The notes below the pieces were generated by a model. That model saw nothing but the letters and a program-made list of their open reading frames with translations. It did not search any database and was not told the origin of the DNA. Both the position numbers and the translations under genes were made by a program. Shown here piece by piece: positions 9,007 to 19,672 of a DNA stretch of 64,000 nt; within the stretch, counting starts at the first letter, position 1, and each line of letters starts with the position of its first letter. The stretch is taken from contig JBFWNU010000001.1 in the NCBI GenBank assembly GCA_050250895.1, positions 2,852,891 to 2,916,890 of the forward strand, read 5' to 3'. Source of the DNA: Vulcanimicrobiota bacterium (GTDB taxonomy: Bacteria; Vulcanimicrobiota; Xenobia; Xenobiales; JADMJV01).

Positions 9007-10653
9007 ATGTTTACGACATCCAGTCATCGTGCCAGGGATTTACTAGGCTTCGTTACCGCGCTAGTCTTGCTCGGGTTGTTGGTAACAGCGGAGTCGGCCC
9101 TGGCGGAGCCAAGCGCTTTCAAAGGTCGAGAGGATGCCCTCGCGGGGCTAATGAGGGAGCCTGGCGCCAAGTCTCCGGTGGACCCGCGTCAACTGGTTCA
9201 GCATCTTTTTCGCCACCCAGGCCTACGGCCCCACTTTCATTTGGTGGCGTTGCGGGGTGTTCACGGTGCGGGCGGCCTCGGTTGCTTTATCTCGGTCGAT
9301 GGCGAACTGGGTGATTCCACGATCGACGCGGGTGATTTCTTCCTTGGAATCTTTCTTTCGGGCGGCAATATCCGGCTTCTCGATTCGTTGGGTCCGCTCC
9401 AGATCGAAGCGCTCGCCTTCGATAGGAAGACCGGCGAATACAATTTTTATGAGAAACTTACGGGCGAGGACTGGGCGTTTCGTGGTGATTCCTCCGACAT
9501 TCTGAATCAGGTCAGCAAGGCCAACTTGGGGGATCCGATTGTCCTGTCAGGAACCACCCCTAGATGCACCGGGTGCCATACTCTCGGCGGGCCTATTCTG
9601 AAGGAACTCGACCCATGGACGAGTTGGAAGACAGAGCAGTCGTCGGGACTGACTGCCGGCGCTACGCTCCAGAATTCCGATGATTTGGTTCGAACTCTGG
9701 TCGCTAGAGCGGAGGGAGCCGAGCACCTGGACAAAGCAGTCCTCTCAGGACTCAGGAAATACGTGAATTCCATGGCGGCAAAGGGGCTGGAGAACGAACA
9801 GCAATGGTTGCGCTCAGTCCTGCACCCTCTCGAAATGAACCTTGTCTCTGATGCAAAGCCCTACGACTCGAGGAGCCCGGAGGACCACATCGAGCTACCT
9901 GCGGCCTTCTTTGTCGACCCTCGTTTGAGTGGGCCTGCTCCCCCGATTCTGGTAAAGAAGAAGGTCTATGCACAGGCACTTGCCAAGTTGGGCAGCACCT
10001 ATGATGCGGGTCGCGCGGAAGGGCAGTTCGCATTTCTCGTCCCAGTTCGTTCGCGGCACGATGAACTGCGAATTGATAACCTTCTGGAGCGCGGGAAGCT
10101 CGATCAGGAGACACTCGCTGACCTGCTAGCAGTGGACTATAGCACTCCGCTGTTTTCGCCCGACCGTGAATTTCTCATCACCAAGGTTCCCAAGACCTAC
10201 CGGGGAGCGGCCGAGTTGAAGGCGCAGCTGATCTCAACTGTTGCGGACGATGGCCACGCTTCTCGTGAACTTCGGAGGAACCTGACCGATCCCACGAGGG
10301 ACGTTCACTTTCATAAGGCTCAGGCTCTGGCACTCCTGGAGAAGGTGAGACGAAATGCCAACTCGACTGACGCGGTTGCTGGTTGGCTCGTCTTGGCGGC
10401 ACAGCGCCGACAAGAAATCACTTCGACGATCGATGCGGTCGGTACGGTCGTGCGGCGTTCAACGGTCAGCAAGATTGACACCGAGACGAAGTTCGGAGAG
10501 TCGTTCATTTTGGAAAACGGTGACCCGTCTGACGTCGCGAAGTCCCAGTTCCGGCACGGCTTTCCGGCCCTGAAGGCTCAATCGCCGTGGCCTCCCAAGC
10601 CCTATAGGCTTAGATTGGACCCGGTCACCGGCCTGAAGGCACTAAGGATTTAA
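9007..10653 (+). CDS. Secreted hypothetical protein with a single CxxCH motif
   Basis: N-terminal hydrophobic signal ending ALA-EP; CTGCH motif. Confidence 0.6.
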   Translation: MFTTSSHRARDLLGFVTALVLLGLLVTAESALAEPSAFKGREDALAGLMREPGAKSPVDPRQLVQHLFRHPGLRPHFHLVALRGVHGAGGLGCFISVDGELGDSTIDAGDFFLGIFLSGGNIRLLDSLGPLQIEALAFDRKTGEYNFYEKLTGEDWAFRGDSSDILNQVSKANLGDPIVLSGTTPRCTGCHTLGGPILKELDPWTSWKTEQSSGLTAGATLQNSDDLVRTLVARAEGAEHLDKAVLSGLRKYVNSMAAKGLENEQQWLRSVLHPLEMNLVSDAKPYDSRSPEDHIELPAAFFVDPRLSGPAPPILVKKKVYAQALAKLGSTYDAGRAEGQFAFLVPVRSRHDELRIDNLLERGKLDQETLADLLAVDYSTPLFSPDREFLITKVPKTYRGAAELKAQLISTVADDGHASRELRRNLTDPTRDVHFHKAQALALLEKVRRNANSTDAVAGWLVLAAQRRQEITSTIDAVGTVVRRSTVSKIDTETKFGESFILENGDPSDVAKSQFRHGFPALKAQSPWPPKPYRLRLDPVTGLKALRI

Positions 10654-10661
10654 CCGTTTCG

Positions 10662-13038
10662 ATGGCGGAGAATGATAAGATTAGTGCTTCCGAAGGTCGT
10701 CGATACAGGTATTCCGCATTTATCTCCTACAGTCACCGCGAGGACAAAGCATTGGCGGCGGCTTTACAACGGGCGTTGCAGACTCTAGCCCAGCCTTGGT
10801 ACCAGTGGCGTGCCATTCCAATTTATCGTGACGAAACGGACCTCTCGTGTTCTCCGGATGGCTGGGCGTCGATTGAAGCAAGGCTGAATGAATCTCAGTT
10901 CCTGGTGCTACTCTGTTCCCCATTGGCTGCCCAAAGCAAGTGGGTGAGAAAGGAGGTTGAGACTTGGGCGCAACGGCCAGATTCTCACGAGAGTTTAATC
11001 TTGGTTTTGACCGCAGGTGAACTGCATTGGGAAGATAAGTTAGGACAGTTCTCGCAGTATTCGGACGCTCTGCCTCAGCCACTGATGAAATTCTTCGACG
11101 CAGAGCCGCTCTGGGCAGACTTGAGTTGGGCTAAGCGGGAAACACAACTGCAACTCGGGCACCCGGATTTCAAGTTGGCTGTCGCGCGTATCGCGGCCAA
11201 GATTCGTGGATTGGACTTGGCCACGTTGGTTGATCAGGACCTCCATCAAGTCAGGACCCGTCAATGGCTTGCCCGCGCAGCGTTTTGGTTGATCTTTTTG
11301 CTTGGGCTTGGCGCGGCTTGGCTTCTCTGCTTACAAGGACAAGTATCTCGCGGAGTTGAGCGAAAGCTTGGCCATTTCTTCCGGCGATTTGGCCGAGCGA
11401 CGCCGGGTTCAAACCGTCCGAGAAGTTTTTAATCTTCAGATTTCTCAATATATGAATCAGAAGACCCAGTCACCGTCAGAGGCCCGCCGTTCGGCGATAG
11501 CCGCTGTCCAGACTCTGCTTGATACAAAAGAGTTGTCCAATGAGTTGCCTCAGCGGGTGAGGGCTGCCGTCTTGCTTGATGACGCCCTGTCCTCTACGGC
11601 ACCTATCTCTAAGGTGAGCCTCACTGCGGATCGTGGGTTCATAGCGCGCCTCGCCTTGTGTCCGGGAGGGAAGTATCTGGCCTATGACGGCAACGCCGGG
11701 CTTTTCTTACAGAGTCTGACGGGCGATCAAGAACCCCGCAAGCTTCAATCTGAGTTCGCGGGCGACGTGGGCGAAGGCTTCTGGTTTTCTGCAGACGGGA
11801 ACAGATTGTACTTTCAAGGCTCGGAAAAAACAGCGTACGGCTATAGTTTGAGTCAAGGCAAGTGGGATCAGGTCACACTCGACGAAGTCGATCGACTGAG
11901 AGAGCGCTCATTCGTGTGGGATGCGGGGAGTGAGCAGTCCTTTGTGGCAAGCCGTGGCGCGGTCAGAGTTGCTTTGTCCTCACAGGAAGGAGAAGGGACA
12001 AGCCCTCAACTTCGGATTGGCGAAAAGCACGAAGATACGTACTGGTCTGGACCAGGAGGAGAGCTTGTACGGGTTTGGGTCTCGGCGGACGGAGCGGTAG
12101 TAGCGCTGGGCTACTTCGACCCTTCGCAACGAGACTTCCGCATCCGTGTGTATCTGACGGAAGGCCCCGAGTTCCGGAACCAAGAGCTTCTTCGGCCAGA
12201 CCTCGTCATACAGGATTCACCTCATTACTTTGTGTTGGATTCCGCCTCCTCGCGTTTGGTGACTTGGGGTCAGGTAGGCGAGGGCGTATACCAAGCGAAC
12301 GTTTACGCCCTTAGGCCCACCGAGTTTCGGTCACCTCTTGTTTGGGGCGCGTGGTGGTTGAGTTCAAGCACCGACGAATTCCTGTGCTTTTCTTCCTCAG
12401 ATGATGGGGGAAACGAGGCCCGCAAGTACGCACTGTTCGATGTCGAAAGGAATAGGTTTGTTTCGGTGTCGTCCAAAGTTGACCTCTTGGTTCTCGAGAA
12501 AGCAGGCAACCATTTGCTCTTGCGCGAGGGCCCCAGCCACTTTGTCGTTCCCATTCATAACGGTGAACCCAACTTGGAACTGAGGCAGGTCGTCCGCCTA
12601 GATTCGCATTCTCCAAGTTCCAAGCAGGACATGTACGAGTTTTCCGACGTTAACGTTGGTAGCTACTACTATAGGGCTGGGTCGCAGGAGATCTTCTTTG
12701 AGGCGCGAGCAGCTTCGTCTGGGCGGTTCGACCGATGGCGGGAGCCGGAGAGGCTGGTCGCGGGACCCGAGGGTTGCCGAATGAAATGGTCTTTCGAGAG
12801 TCGGCAACCGTTGGTCTGGAGCCCAACCGCTCGCCAGTGGGTACCCCTCGAAGGGCTTGAGGACGAATTGGTGGCCGGGCGGAACGGGATTCGCGGACTG
12901 GATGGCAACTTTCGTATCTGTGTTTTCACGAGTTCATACTTCGCGTTCTGGTTCAATGAGAGATTGAAGATCGTTAGATTTGAGTTGCCGGAGATCCGTA
13001 ACAAGTTGGAGCAGTTGAAGCGGGAGACAATGTTGTAG
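10662..13038 (+). pseudogene. TIR - TM - beta-propeller-like protein split by a frameshift near 11295-11325
   Basis: ORF 10662-11432 has TIR motifs (AFISYSH, IYRDETD, SKWVRKEV) ending in a TM segment; overlapping ORF 11302-13038 in the +1 frame has WD40-like strands (FSADGNRLY, VSADGAVVA). Removing one base joins them. Confidence 0.7.
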
Positions 13039-13086
13039 GTTGGATAGGCAGCTACGCCAAGACCGTCCGCCCTCCGCCGAGAACTC

Positions 13087-13410
13087 TCACAGAAGGCCAT
13101 CCAACCTAGCCTGCAACTGGGCCCCATCTGCTGCAATTCCCTCGACCGCCTGCCGCAATTCCTCTAGCAGTTCTCGGTCCACCAGAACCGCCGCATCATC
13201 CCGACGAAAAAACCAGTCCACCGGCCGCTGAAGAAGCGCCGAAAGCGCTTCGAGGTGCGCGGCCTTGGGCAGCGAGTTACCCCCCTCCCACGCAACCACA
13301 GCCTGTCGCGAAACCCCCAATGCACGCGCGACCGCTTCATGAGTGAACCCCCGCTCTTTACGCGCCTGCTTCAGCCGTTTGCCCAGAATCTCTAAGATAG
13401 AACCGCTCAA
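13087..13410 (-). CDS. XRE-family HTH transcriptional regulator
   Basis: GKRLKQARKERGFTHEAVARALGVSRQAVVAWEGG...P is a classic HTH_3 pattern. Confidence 0.88.
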   Translation of the reverse strand: MSGSILEILGKRLKQARKERGFTHEAVARALGVSRQAVVAWEGGNSLPKAAHLEALSALLQRPVDWFFRRDDAAVLVDRELLEELRQAVEGIAADGAQLQARLDGLL

Positions 13411-13442
13411 GATGGTGCCAGCATACCCAAATCAAAAGCATA

Positions 13443-13471
13443 TTGACAGACAAGTTTAAATTGTCTAAAAT
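13443..13471 (+). promoter_or_regulatory. Sigma70 promoter of the que/dpd operon with an overlapping palindromic operator
   Basis: TTGACA (13443-48) - 17 nt - TAAAAT (13466-71); inverted repeat AGACAA-N7-TTGTCT at 13448-13466; AT-rich patch in a GC-rich window. Confidence 0.8.
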
Positions 13472-13600
13472 AGCAAAGAAGCAAATTAAAGTTGTCATTG
13501 TCTCAAGTCCCGCAAACGTGTGTTCTGAAGGAAATTCAATCCGGCCAGCGGAAAATTCAACCATGAGCAACGCCATGCAACATCGAGAGACTTTCTAGAG

Positions 13601-13831
13601 ATGCCCGTCAAAGTCAACGGAGACCAGTTCTTCCGGCTGGGCGAAGTGGCCGAGGCCGTGGGTGTCTGTCGTCAGACCCTGTGGCGCTGGCGCCAGGACG
13701 GGAAGATCCCCGAAGGTCGTCGCTATCGCGAGAAGCAGCTGCTCTACACCCACGAAGAGCTCGAGGCGGTCCGCGAGTTCGCAAATCGGATGGAACCCGC
13801 GTCGGTAGCGCGGGGCGGAGGAGAATCATGA
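13601..13831 (+). CDS. Small MerR/excisionase-like HTH DNA-binding protein
   Basis: [27 protein letters not shown]; ATGA overlap with queC. Confidence 0.8.
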   Translation: MPVKVNGDQFFRLGEVAEAVGVCRQTLWRWRQDGKIPEGRRYREKQLLYTHEELEAVREFANRMEPASVARGGGES

Positions 13832-14529
13832 AGAAAGCAGTCGTTCTGCTCAGCGGGGGTCTCGACTCGACCACCACCCTCGCCATCGCCAAGCACGAGG
13901 GTTTCCAGCCCTACGCTCTGACCTTCCGCTACGGCCAGCGGCACCTGGTCGAGATCGAGGCGGCCAAGAAGATCGCAAGCGAAATGGGGGTGGCACAGCA
14001 CGTCGTCGCCGACATCAACCTGCGCGCCTTCGGTGGCTCGGCCCTGACCGACGACATCGACGTGCCCAAGAACCGCGACACCCACCAGATGTCCGACGGC
14101 ATCCCGGTGACCTACGTGCCGGCCCGCAACACCATCTTCCTCTCCTTTGCCCTGGCCTGGGCCGAGGTGCTCGGCAGCCAGGACATCTTCATCGGCGTCA
14201 ACGCCCTCGACTACAGCGGCTATCCCGACTGCCGGCCCGAATACATCCAGGCTTATACGGCTATGGCCAACCTGGCCACGGCTGCCGGTGTCGAGGGGCG
14301 GCAGAAGCTGACCATTCACACTCCCCTCATCCAACTCACCAAAGCCCAGATCATCGAGCGCGGGCTCCAACTCGGGGTCAACTACGCCTCGACCCTCTCC
14401 TGCTATGACCCGGGCCCGGGCGGCCAGGCCTGCGGCGCCTGCGACTCGTGCCTGCTGCGACTGAAGGGCTTTCGCGAGAACGGCACCACCGACCCGGCCT
14501 CCTATCAGGAACCGGTGGCGGCTCGATGA
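13828..14529 (+). CDS. queC: 7-cyano-7-deazaguanine synthase
   Basis: [40 protein letters not shown]...[10 protein letters not shown]. Confidence 0.97.
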   Translation: MKKAVVLLSGGLDSTTTLAIAKHEGFQPYALTFRYGQRHLVEIEAAKKIASEMGVAQHVVADINLRAFGGSALTDDIDVPKNRDTHQMSDGIPVTYVPARNTIFLSFALAWAEVLGSQDIFIGVNALDYSGYPDCRPEYIQAYTAMANLATAAGVEGRQKLTIHTPLIQLTKAQIIERGLQLGVNYASTLSCYDPGPGGQACGACDSCLLRLKGFRENGTTDPASYQEPVAAR

Positions 14530-15161
14530 CCTACGCGGTCAAAGAGATCTTCTACACCCTGCAGGGCGAGGGGGCCAACAGTGGCCGGCCGTCGGTATTC
14601 TGCCGCTTCTCGGGCTGCAATCTGTGGTCGGGTCGCGAGCAAGACCGCGCCTCGGCCATCTGCCAGTTCTGCGACACCGACTTCGTGGGCACCAACGGGC
14701 CGGGTGGCGGCAAGTTCCGCTCACCCGAAGACCTGGCCGCGGCCATCGCCGAGCAGTGGCCGGCCGGCCAGGATTCACCGCGCTTCGTGGTCTGCACCGG
14801 GGGCGAACCTCTGCTGCAGGTCGACGAGCCTTTAGTGCAAGCCCTGCATCAACGGGGCTTTCAGGTGGCCGTCGAGACCAACGGCACGCTGGTTCCTCCG
14901 GCCGGCATCGACTGGGTTTGCGTCAGCCCCAAGGCGGGCTCCGACTTCGTGCTGCGCAAAGGTCACGAACTCAAGCTGGTCTTTCCTCAGTCAGGGGCCC
15001 CGCCCGAGCGCTTTGAAGACACCGAATTCGAACACTACTACCTGCAACCGATGGACGGGCCGAGGGTGAGCGAGAACACCCAGGCGGCCGTCCGCTACTG
15101 TCTCGACCACCCCCGTTGGAAGCTCAGCCTGCAGACGCACAAGCTTCTCGGTATTCCGTAA
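14526..15161 (+). CDS. queE: 7-carboxy-7-deazaguanine synthase (radical SAM, Cx14CxxC type)
   Basis: [22 protein letters not shown]...[23 protein letters not shown]. Confidence 0.96.
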   Translation: MTYAVKEIFYTLQGEGANSGRPSVFCRFSGCNLWSGREQDRASAICQFCDTDFVGTNGPGGGKFRSPEDLAAAIAEQWPAGQDSPRFVVCTGGEPLLQVDEPLVQALHQRGFQVAVETNGTLVPPAGIDWVCVSPKAGSDFVLRKGHELKLVFPQSGAPPERFEDTEFEHYYLQPMDGPRVSENTQAAVRYCLDHPRWKLSLQTHKLLGIP

Positions 15162-15173
15162 AGGAGCGGCATC

Positions 15174-15641
15174 TTGGAAATCTATAAGGAATTTACTTTC
15201 GAGGCGGCTCATCGCCTGCCTTACGTGCCCGAGGGGCATAAGTGCGGGCGGTTGCACGGCCACTCGTTTCGGGTCGAGATTCACGTGCGCGGTCCGGTCG
15301 ACCCGCACACTGGCTGGATTATCGATTTCGCCGACATCAAGGCCGCCTTCCAGCCGCTTTACGAACAGTTGGATCACAACTACCTCAACGAGATTCCGGG
15401 GCTTGAGAATCCGACCAGCGAGAATCTCTCGCTCTGGATTTGGGACAAGTTGAAGCCAACGCTGCCCCTGCTCGCGCGGGTGGTGGTGAAAGAAACCTGC
15501 ACCTGCGGGTGCGTGTACGAGGGAATTCGAAAGGAAAATGAGTCAGATGGTCGACATTCAGAGTTCGCGGGACAACCGAATGGTGCCGCTCGCGCAGGTG
15601 GGCGTAACGGATCTGCGCTATCCGATCTCTGTCCTCGATAA
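15174..15641 (+). CDS. queD: 6-carboxy-5,6,7,8-tetrahydropterin synthase
   Basis: FEAAHRLP...[33 protein letters not shown]; C-terminal extension overlaps folE2. Confidence 0.95.
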   Translation: MEIYKEFTFEAAHRLPYVPEGHKCGRLHGHSFRVEIHVRGPVDPHTGWIIDFADIKAAFQPLYEQLDHNYLNEIPGLENPTSENLSLWIWDKLKPTLPLLARVVVKETCTCGCVYEGIRKENESDGRHSEFAGQPNGAARAGGRNGSALSDLCPR

Positions 15642-16377
15642 GTCCGAGGGCAAGCAACAGACCGTGGCCCGGTTGACCATGTCGGTCAACCTGCCGCATC
15701 ATTTCAAAGGCACGCACATGAGCCGCTTTCTCGAGGTGCTCAACCACCATCGGGGCGAGTTCACGGTGCACACCTTTCCGGCCATCCTCAAAGAGTTGCG
15801 CGAGCGATTGCAGGCCGAGACGGCTCGCATCGAGGCCACGTTTCCGTATTTCATCGAGCGGGTGGCGCCGGCCAGCGGGGCTCGCGCCCTGCTCGACTAC
15901 GAGTGCTCGTTTCTCGGAGACCTCAGCCCCGAGCAGCAAGACTTCTTGCTCACGGTCACGGTGCCGGTCACCAGTCTGTGCCCCTGCAGCAAGGCCATCA
16001 GCGACTACGGCGCCCACAATCAACGCGGTCACGTGAAGATGGCGGTCAAGACGGTCAGCCACGAAAACCTGGTCTGGATCGAAGAGTTGGTGGAGATTGC
16101 CGAGCAGTCTGCCTCGGCTCCCGTCTACCCGCTGCTCAAGCGGGTCGACGAGCGGCACGTCACCATGCAGGCCTACGACAATCCGGTCTTCGTCGAGGAC
16201 ATCGTGCGCAATGTGGCCGTTCGCCTGCGCGAAGACGAACGGGTGGCCAGCTTCGAAGTCGAGGCGGTCAATCAAGAGAGCATCCACAATCACAGCGCCT
16301 TCGCCCGCACTTCGTGGGTTCGCACGGCTCCTGACCGAGAGCAAGCATCCGAGAGAGCCGCAGTTCTGGTAGGCTAG
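15538..16377 (+). CDS. folE2: GTP cyclohydrolase IB
   Basis: [49 protein letters not shown]. Confidence 0.95.
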   Translation: MSQMVDIQSSRDNRMVPLAQVGVTDLRYPISVLDKSEGKQQTVARLTMSVNLPHHFKGTHMSRFLEVLNHHRGEFTVHTFPAILKELRERLQAETARIEATFPYFIERVAPASGARALLDYECSFLGDLSPEQQDFLLTVTVPVTSLCPCSKAISDYGAHNQRGHVKMAVKTVSHENLVWIEELVEIAEQSASAPVYPLLKRVDERHVTMQAYDNPVFVEDIVRNVAVRLREDERVASFEVEAVNQESIHNHSAFARTSWVRTAPDREQASERAAVLVG

Positions 16378-16378
16378 C

Positions 16379-17320
16379 TTGGAAGTCGTCAACGTCGTCG
16401 TCACCTGCTCGAACCGCAAGTCGCTGCCGGTGTCGCCCGAGCTTTGCCTCGGGGGGCATCGGGCCAGTAGCCTGGCCGAGCGAGCAGCCAGCTGGTTGAC
16501 CGCCATTGGCCGGGCCGAGCAGCGTGCTCCGGCTCGCCAGGTCTATTGTGGCGGGCACTGGCATGTGGTGGCCCAACTCGAGCGGGCGCGGGTGAAGGTG
16601 GACCTCTGGGTGACCTCGGCCGGGTATGGCTTGATCCATGCCGACGACCCGATCGCTAGCTATCAGTCGACCTTTTCGACCCAGACCGAGAACTCGGTCT
16701 TTCAAGCCAGCTTGGGCAAAGAGGCTCGACCGGTCCATCGCGACTGGTGGTCGCATCTGGCCCGGTGGCCAGGGCCGGCGCCGGGTCGCCCGCGCTCGCT
16801 GGAAGAGTTGGCGGCCAAGTATCCCCGCCGGCCGATGCTGGTGGCCTTATCGTCAGTCTACCTCGGAGCGATAGGACACGATCTGGCCAGAGTGCCCAGC
16901 CACCTCGACGACCGTCTCATGATCGTGAGCCGCAAAACCCATCTGCCTGAAGAGTTGCACCCCTGGGTGGTCCCCTTCGATGCTCGCCTGCAAGACGAAC
17001 TTGGCGGAGCCCGTCAGAGCCTCTATGCTCGCGTTGTGCGCAAGATGCTCGACGAGGCTGATGAGCATCCCCTCAGGCTCAAGCCTCTGCAGCAGCGCTA
17101 TCAGACCCTGCTGGCCCAGGCCCCGCCGGTGGCCGTCTACAATCGCACTCCCCTCGAAGACGGCCAGGTCCGCGCCTTTATCAAGACGCAACTCAAGAAA
17201 GACCAGAGCCTGCGCCACACCCGAGCTCTGCGCGATTTTCGCAGCGCGGGTCTGGCCTGCGAGCAGAAGCGCTTCGCCAATCTCTTCGCCGAGGTACGCC
17301 AGGAGGTGCTGGGTGGCTAA
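16379..17320 (+). CDS. dpdC: DpdC-like protein (YaaA/DUF328-related fold)
   Basis: VVVTCSNRK and LWVTSAGYGLI resemble YaaA/DUF328-type motifs; sits between the preQ0 genes and dpdB/dpdA. Symbol is inferred from motif plus context. Confidence 0.62.
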   Translation: MEVVNVVVTCSNRKSLPVSPELCLGGHRASSLAERAASWLTAIGRAEQRAPARQVYCGGHWHVVAQLERARVKVDLWVTSAGYGLIHADDPIASYQSTFSTQTENSVFQASLGKEARPVHRDWWSHLARWPGPAPGRPRSLEELAAKYPRRPMLVALSSVYLGAIGHDLARVPSHLDDRLMIVSRKTHLPEELHPWVVPFDARLQDELGGARQSLYARVVRKMLDEADEHPLRLKPLQQRYQTLLAQAPPVAVYNRTPLEDGQVRAFIKTQLKKDQSLRHTRALRDFRSAGLACEQKRFANLFAEVRQEVLGG

Positions 17321-18413
17321 GCTCGAGTTCGCGGCCGTCAAGCTGTGCCAGCATCCCGAACTGCCCCTCTTTCTGTTCGGGTTGTCTTCGGGCGAGTTGC
17401 TCGAACTGGCCTCGGTGGCCCACGCCCAGCGCGACGACGGGGGAGACCTCATCGGCTATCAACGACCCGAAGTGCAACGGCATGTGGCCGAGATCGCCAG
17501 CTATCTGCGCCAGGAGCAGGTGCTCTTCCCCAACGCGGTGGTGTTGTGCCTCGAGTCAGCCCAATTTCGCAGCCACAAGCCGCGCGACCGGGCGGCCATT
17601 CAGTTTGGCACTCTGCGCATCCCCCAGCGTAAAGGCCGGCCGGCGGCCTGGGTGGTGGACGGCCAGCAGCGCATGCTGGCCCTGAAGAAGTCGGGGCGGG
17701 CCGACCTGCCCATCCCGGCCACCGCCTTCGTCACCGACGCCCTGGCCGTGCAGCGCGAACAGTTCTTGCGGGTCAACAATGCCCGACCTCTGCCCCGGGG
17801 CCTGATCACCGAGTTGCTGCCAAGCGTCGACCAGCCCATCACCGCTAACCTCGAGCGCTTTCGCCTGCCTTCACTGCTCTCCGAGATGCTCAACACCGAC
17901 CCCGCTTCGCCGTTGTTTCGCCGCATCCGGCGGGCATCTCATCCGGCCACTCCCGGAGCCAACATTTCCGACAACGCCGTGGTCCAGATGCTCAAGCGCA
18001 GTCTGCACACGCCGTCGGGTTGTCTGTTTGCTTATCAGAATGTGGCCACCGGCGAGTTGCAGGTAGAGTTGGCTCGACGAGCGCTGGTCTGCTACTGGGA
18101 GGCCGTCCGCCGGGTGTTTCCCGAGGCCTGGTCGCTGCCGCCCTCGCGCAGCCGCCTGACCCACGGGGCCGGCATTCAGGCCATGGGGCGCTTGATGGAC
18201 CGGGTGCTTAACCGCCTGGGACCCGAGACCTCGGTGGAGTCGGTGAGCGCTCGCCTCGAGTCGCTCAAGCCCCACTGTGCCTGGACGCGCGGGCACTGGC
18301 GTGGCCTCGACGGGCTGGCCTGGAACGGTCTGCAGAACGTCCAGGCCCACATCAAGCTGCTTTCGGAGTTTCTGATTCACACCTATCTGAGCGAGTGGAG
18401 CGAGGCGGCATGA
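17313..18413 (+). CDS. dpdB: DGQHR-domain protein DpdB (copy 1)
   Basis: GTG at 17313 after AGGAGG; GYQRPEV, FPNAVV, VVDGQQR, REQFLRVN, SRLTHGAGI. Confidence 0.85.
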   Translation: MAKLEFAAVKLCQHPELPLFLFGLSSGELLELASVAHAQRDDGGDLIGYQRPEVQRHVAEIASYLRQEQVLFPNAVVLCLESAQFRSHKPRDRAAIQFGTLRIPQRKGRPAAWVVDGQQRMLALKKSGRADLPIPATAFVTDALAVQREQFLRVNNARPLPRGLITELLPSVDQPITANLERFRLPSLLSEMLNTDPASPLFRRIRRASHPATPGANISDNAVVQMLKRSLHTPSGCLFAYQNVATGELQVELARRALVCYWEAVRRVFPEAWSLPPSRSRLTHGAGIQAMGRLMDRVLNRLGPETSVESVSARLESLKPHCAWTRGHWRGLDGLAWNGLQNVQAHIKLLSEFLIHTYLSEWSEAA

Positions 18414-19660
18414 AGTTCTTTTTTCCCGACAGTCAGGACCTGGTCGACCCGAGCTTCGACTTCGAGAACGAGACCCGCAACACGTTCCGGGTGCGCCAGC
18501 GCGACGACATCTACGCCCACGAGGTCTTCTCGGAGGTGCCCTACACAGGCATTCTGGTCTCGAAGACCTCGGTCGACGGCATCGGCTCAGAGCGCACCCG
18601 CTATAGCCTGGCCCAGAAGCATCGCTTGCTGCGGGTGGGTGTGCGCGAGTTCTTTCGCCTCGACGCCCAAAAGCGCGAGCGTCTCGAGACCATCGGCGAT
18701 TGCGGAGCCTTCTCCTACGCCAAAGAGCCGCGCCCGCCGTTCTCGGTCGATGAGGTCATCGACTTCTATACCGATTGCGGCTTCGACTATGGCGTGTCCA
18801 TCGACCACGTCATCTTCGAATACGACCAGGCGCTCGACGCGACCCCCGACCAGGTGCCCGACGAATGTCGCCAGCGCCAGCAGATTACTCTTCAGTTGGC
18901 CGACGAATTCCAGTCGCGCCATGCCGCTCGGAAATGCCGTTTTGAGCCGATGGGAGGGGCCCAGGGGTGGAGCCCCGACTCTTACGCCCACTCGGTGGTC
19001 GAACTCGAGAAAATGGGCTACACCTACATCGGCCTGGGTGGCCTCGTGCCTCTCAAGACCCCCGACATCCTGGCCGTGCTCGAGCGGGTGGCCCAGGTCA
19101 AGAAGCCCGAGACCCGCCTTCACCTGTTCGGCATCACTCGCATCAAAGAGGTGCTCAACTTTCAGGCCTTCGGTGTGGCCAGCTTCGATAGCACCTCGCC
19201 GTTGCGCCAGGCCTTCAAAGACGACCGCGACAACTACTACACCCTCGACCGCACCTATACGGCCATCCGCGTGCCCCAGATTGAAGGCAACGCCAGCCTC
19301 AAGCGCCGCATCACGGCCGGCAAGATCAATCAAGATGAGGCGCGCGAACTCGAGGGGCGCTGCCTCGACCTGCTCAAGCGCTTCGACCGCGGCGAGGCCA
19401 GTCTCGACGAGACCGTCGATGCTTTGCGCAGCTACGAAGAACTCTTTGACGGCAAGCGCGACCGCTCGGCCATCTACCGCGAGATTCTCGAGCACAGCCC
19501 CTGGAAGTCGTGCTCGTGCGATATCTGCCGCGACCTGGGGGTTCACGTCATCATGTTTCGGGGTGCCGAGCGCAACCGCCGCCGCGGCTTTCACAACGTC
19601 TTCATTTTCAATCAGCGTCTACGGCGAGAGATGAGTCGCCAACCAGCTACCGTCGGATAG
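18410..19660 (+). CDS. dpdA: DNA guanine transglycosylase DpdA (TGT-like)
   Basis: MKFFFPDSQD, IGDCGAFSY, SIDH, LGGLVP, HLFG, SFDSTSP, CSCDIC, RRRGFHN. Confidence 0.93.
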   Translation: MKFFFPDSQDLVDPSFDFENETRNTFRVRQRDDIYAHEVFSEVPYTGILVSKTSVDGIGSERTRYSLAQKHRLLRVGVREFFRLDAQKRERLETIGDCGAFSYAKEPRPPFSVDEVIDFYTDCGFDYGVSIDHVIFEYDQALDATPDQVPDECRQRQQITLQLADEFQSRHAARKCRFEPMGGAQGWSPDSYAHSVVELEKMGYTYIGLGGLVPLKTPDILAVLERVAQVKKPETRLHLFGITRIKEVLNFQAFGVASFDSTSPLRQAFKDDRDNYYTLDRTYTAIRVPQIEGNASLKRRITAGKINQDEARELEGRCLDLLKRFDRGEASLDETVDALRSYEELFDGKRDRSAIYREILEHSPWKSCSCDICRDLGVHVIMFRGAERNRRRGFHNVFIFNQRLRREMSRQPATVG

Positions 19661-19672
19661 GAAGGAACCACC

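Noticed and set aside
13036-13108. 10-bp inverted repeat (TAGGTTGGAT/ATCCAACCTA) between convergent genes as attC site or terminator
   Set aside because: Long loop, no U-tract, single occurrence and no integron integrase.
13828-19660. Ordinary tRNA queuosine biosynthesis operon with tgt
   Set aside because: The TGT-like protein has DpdA-type motifs and is flanked by DGQHR genes; queA/queF/queG are absent; no preQ1 riboswitch recognised upstream.
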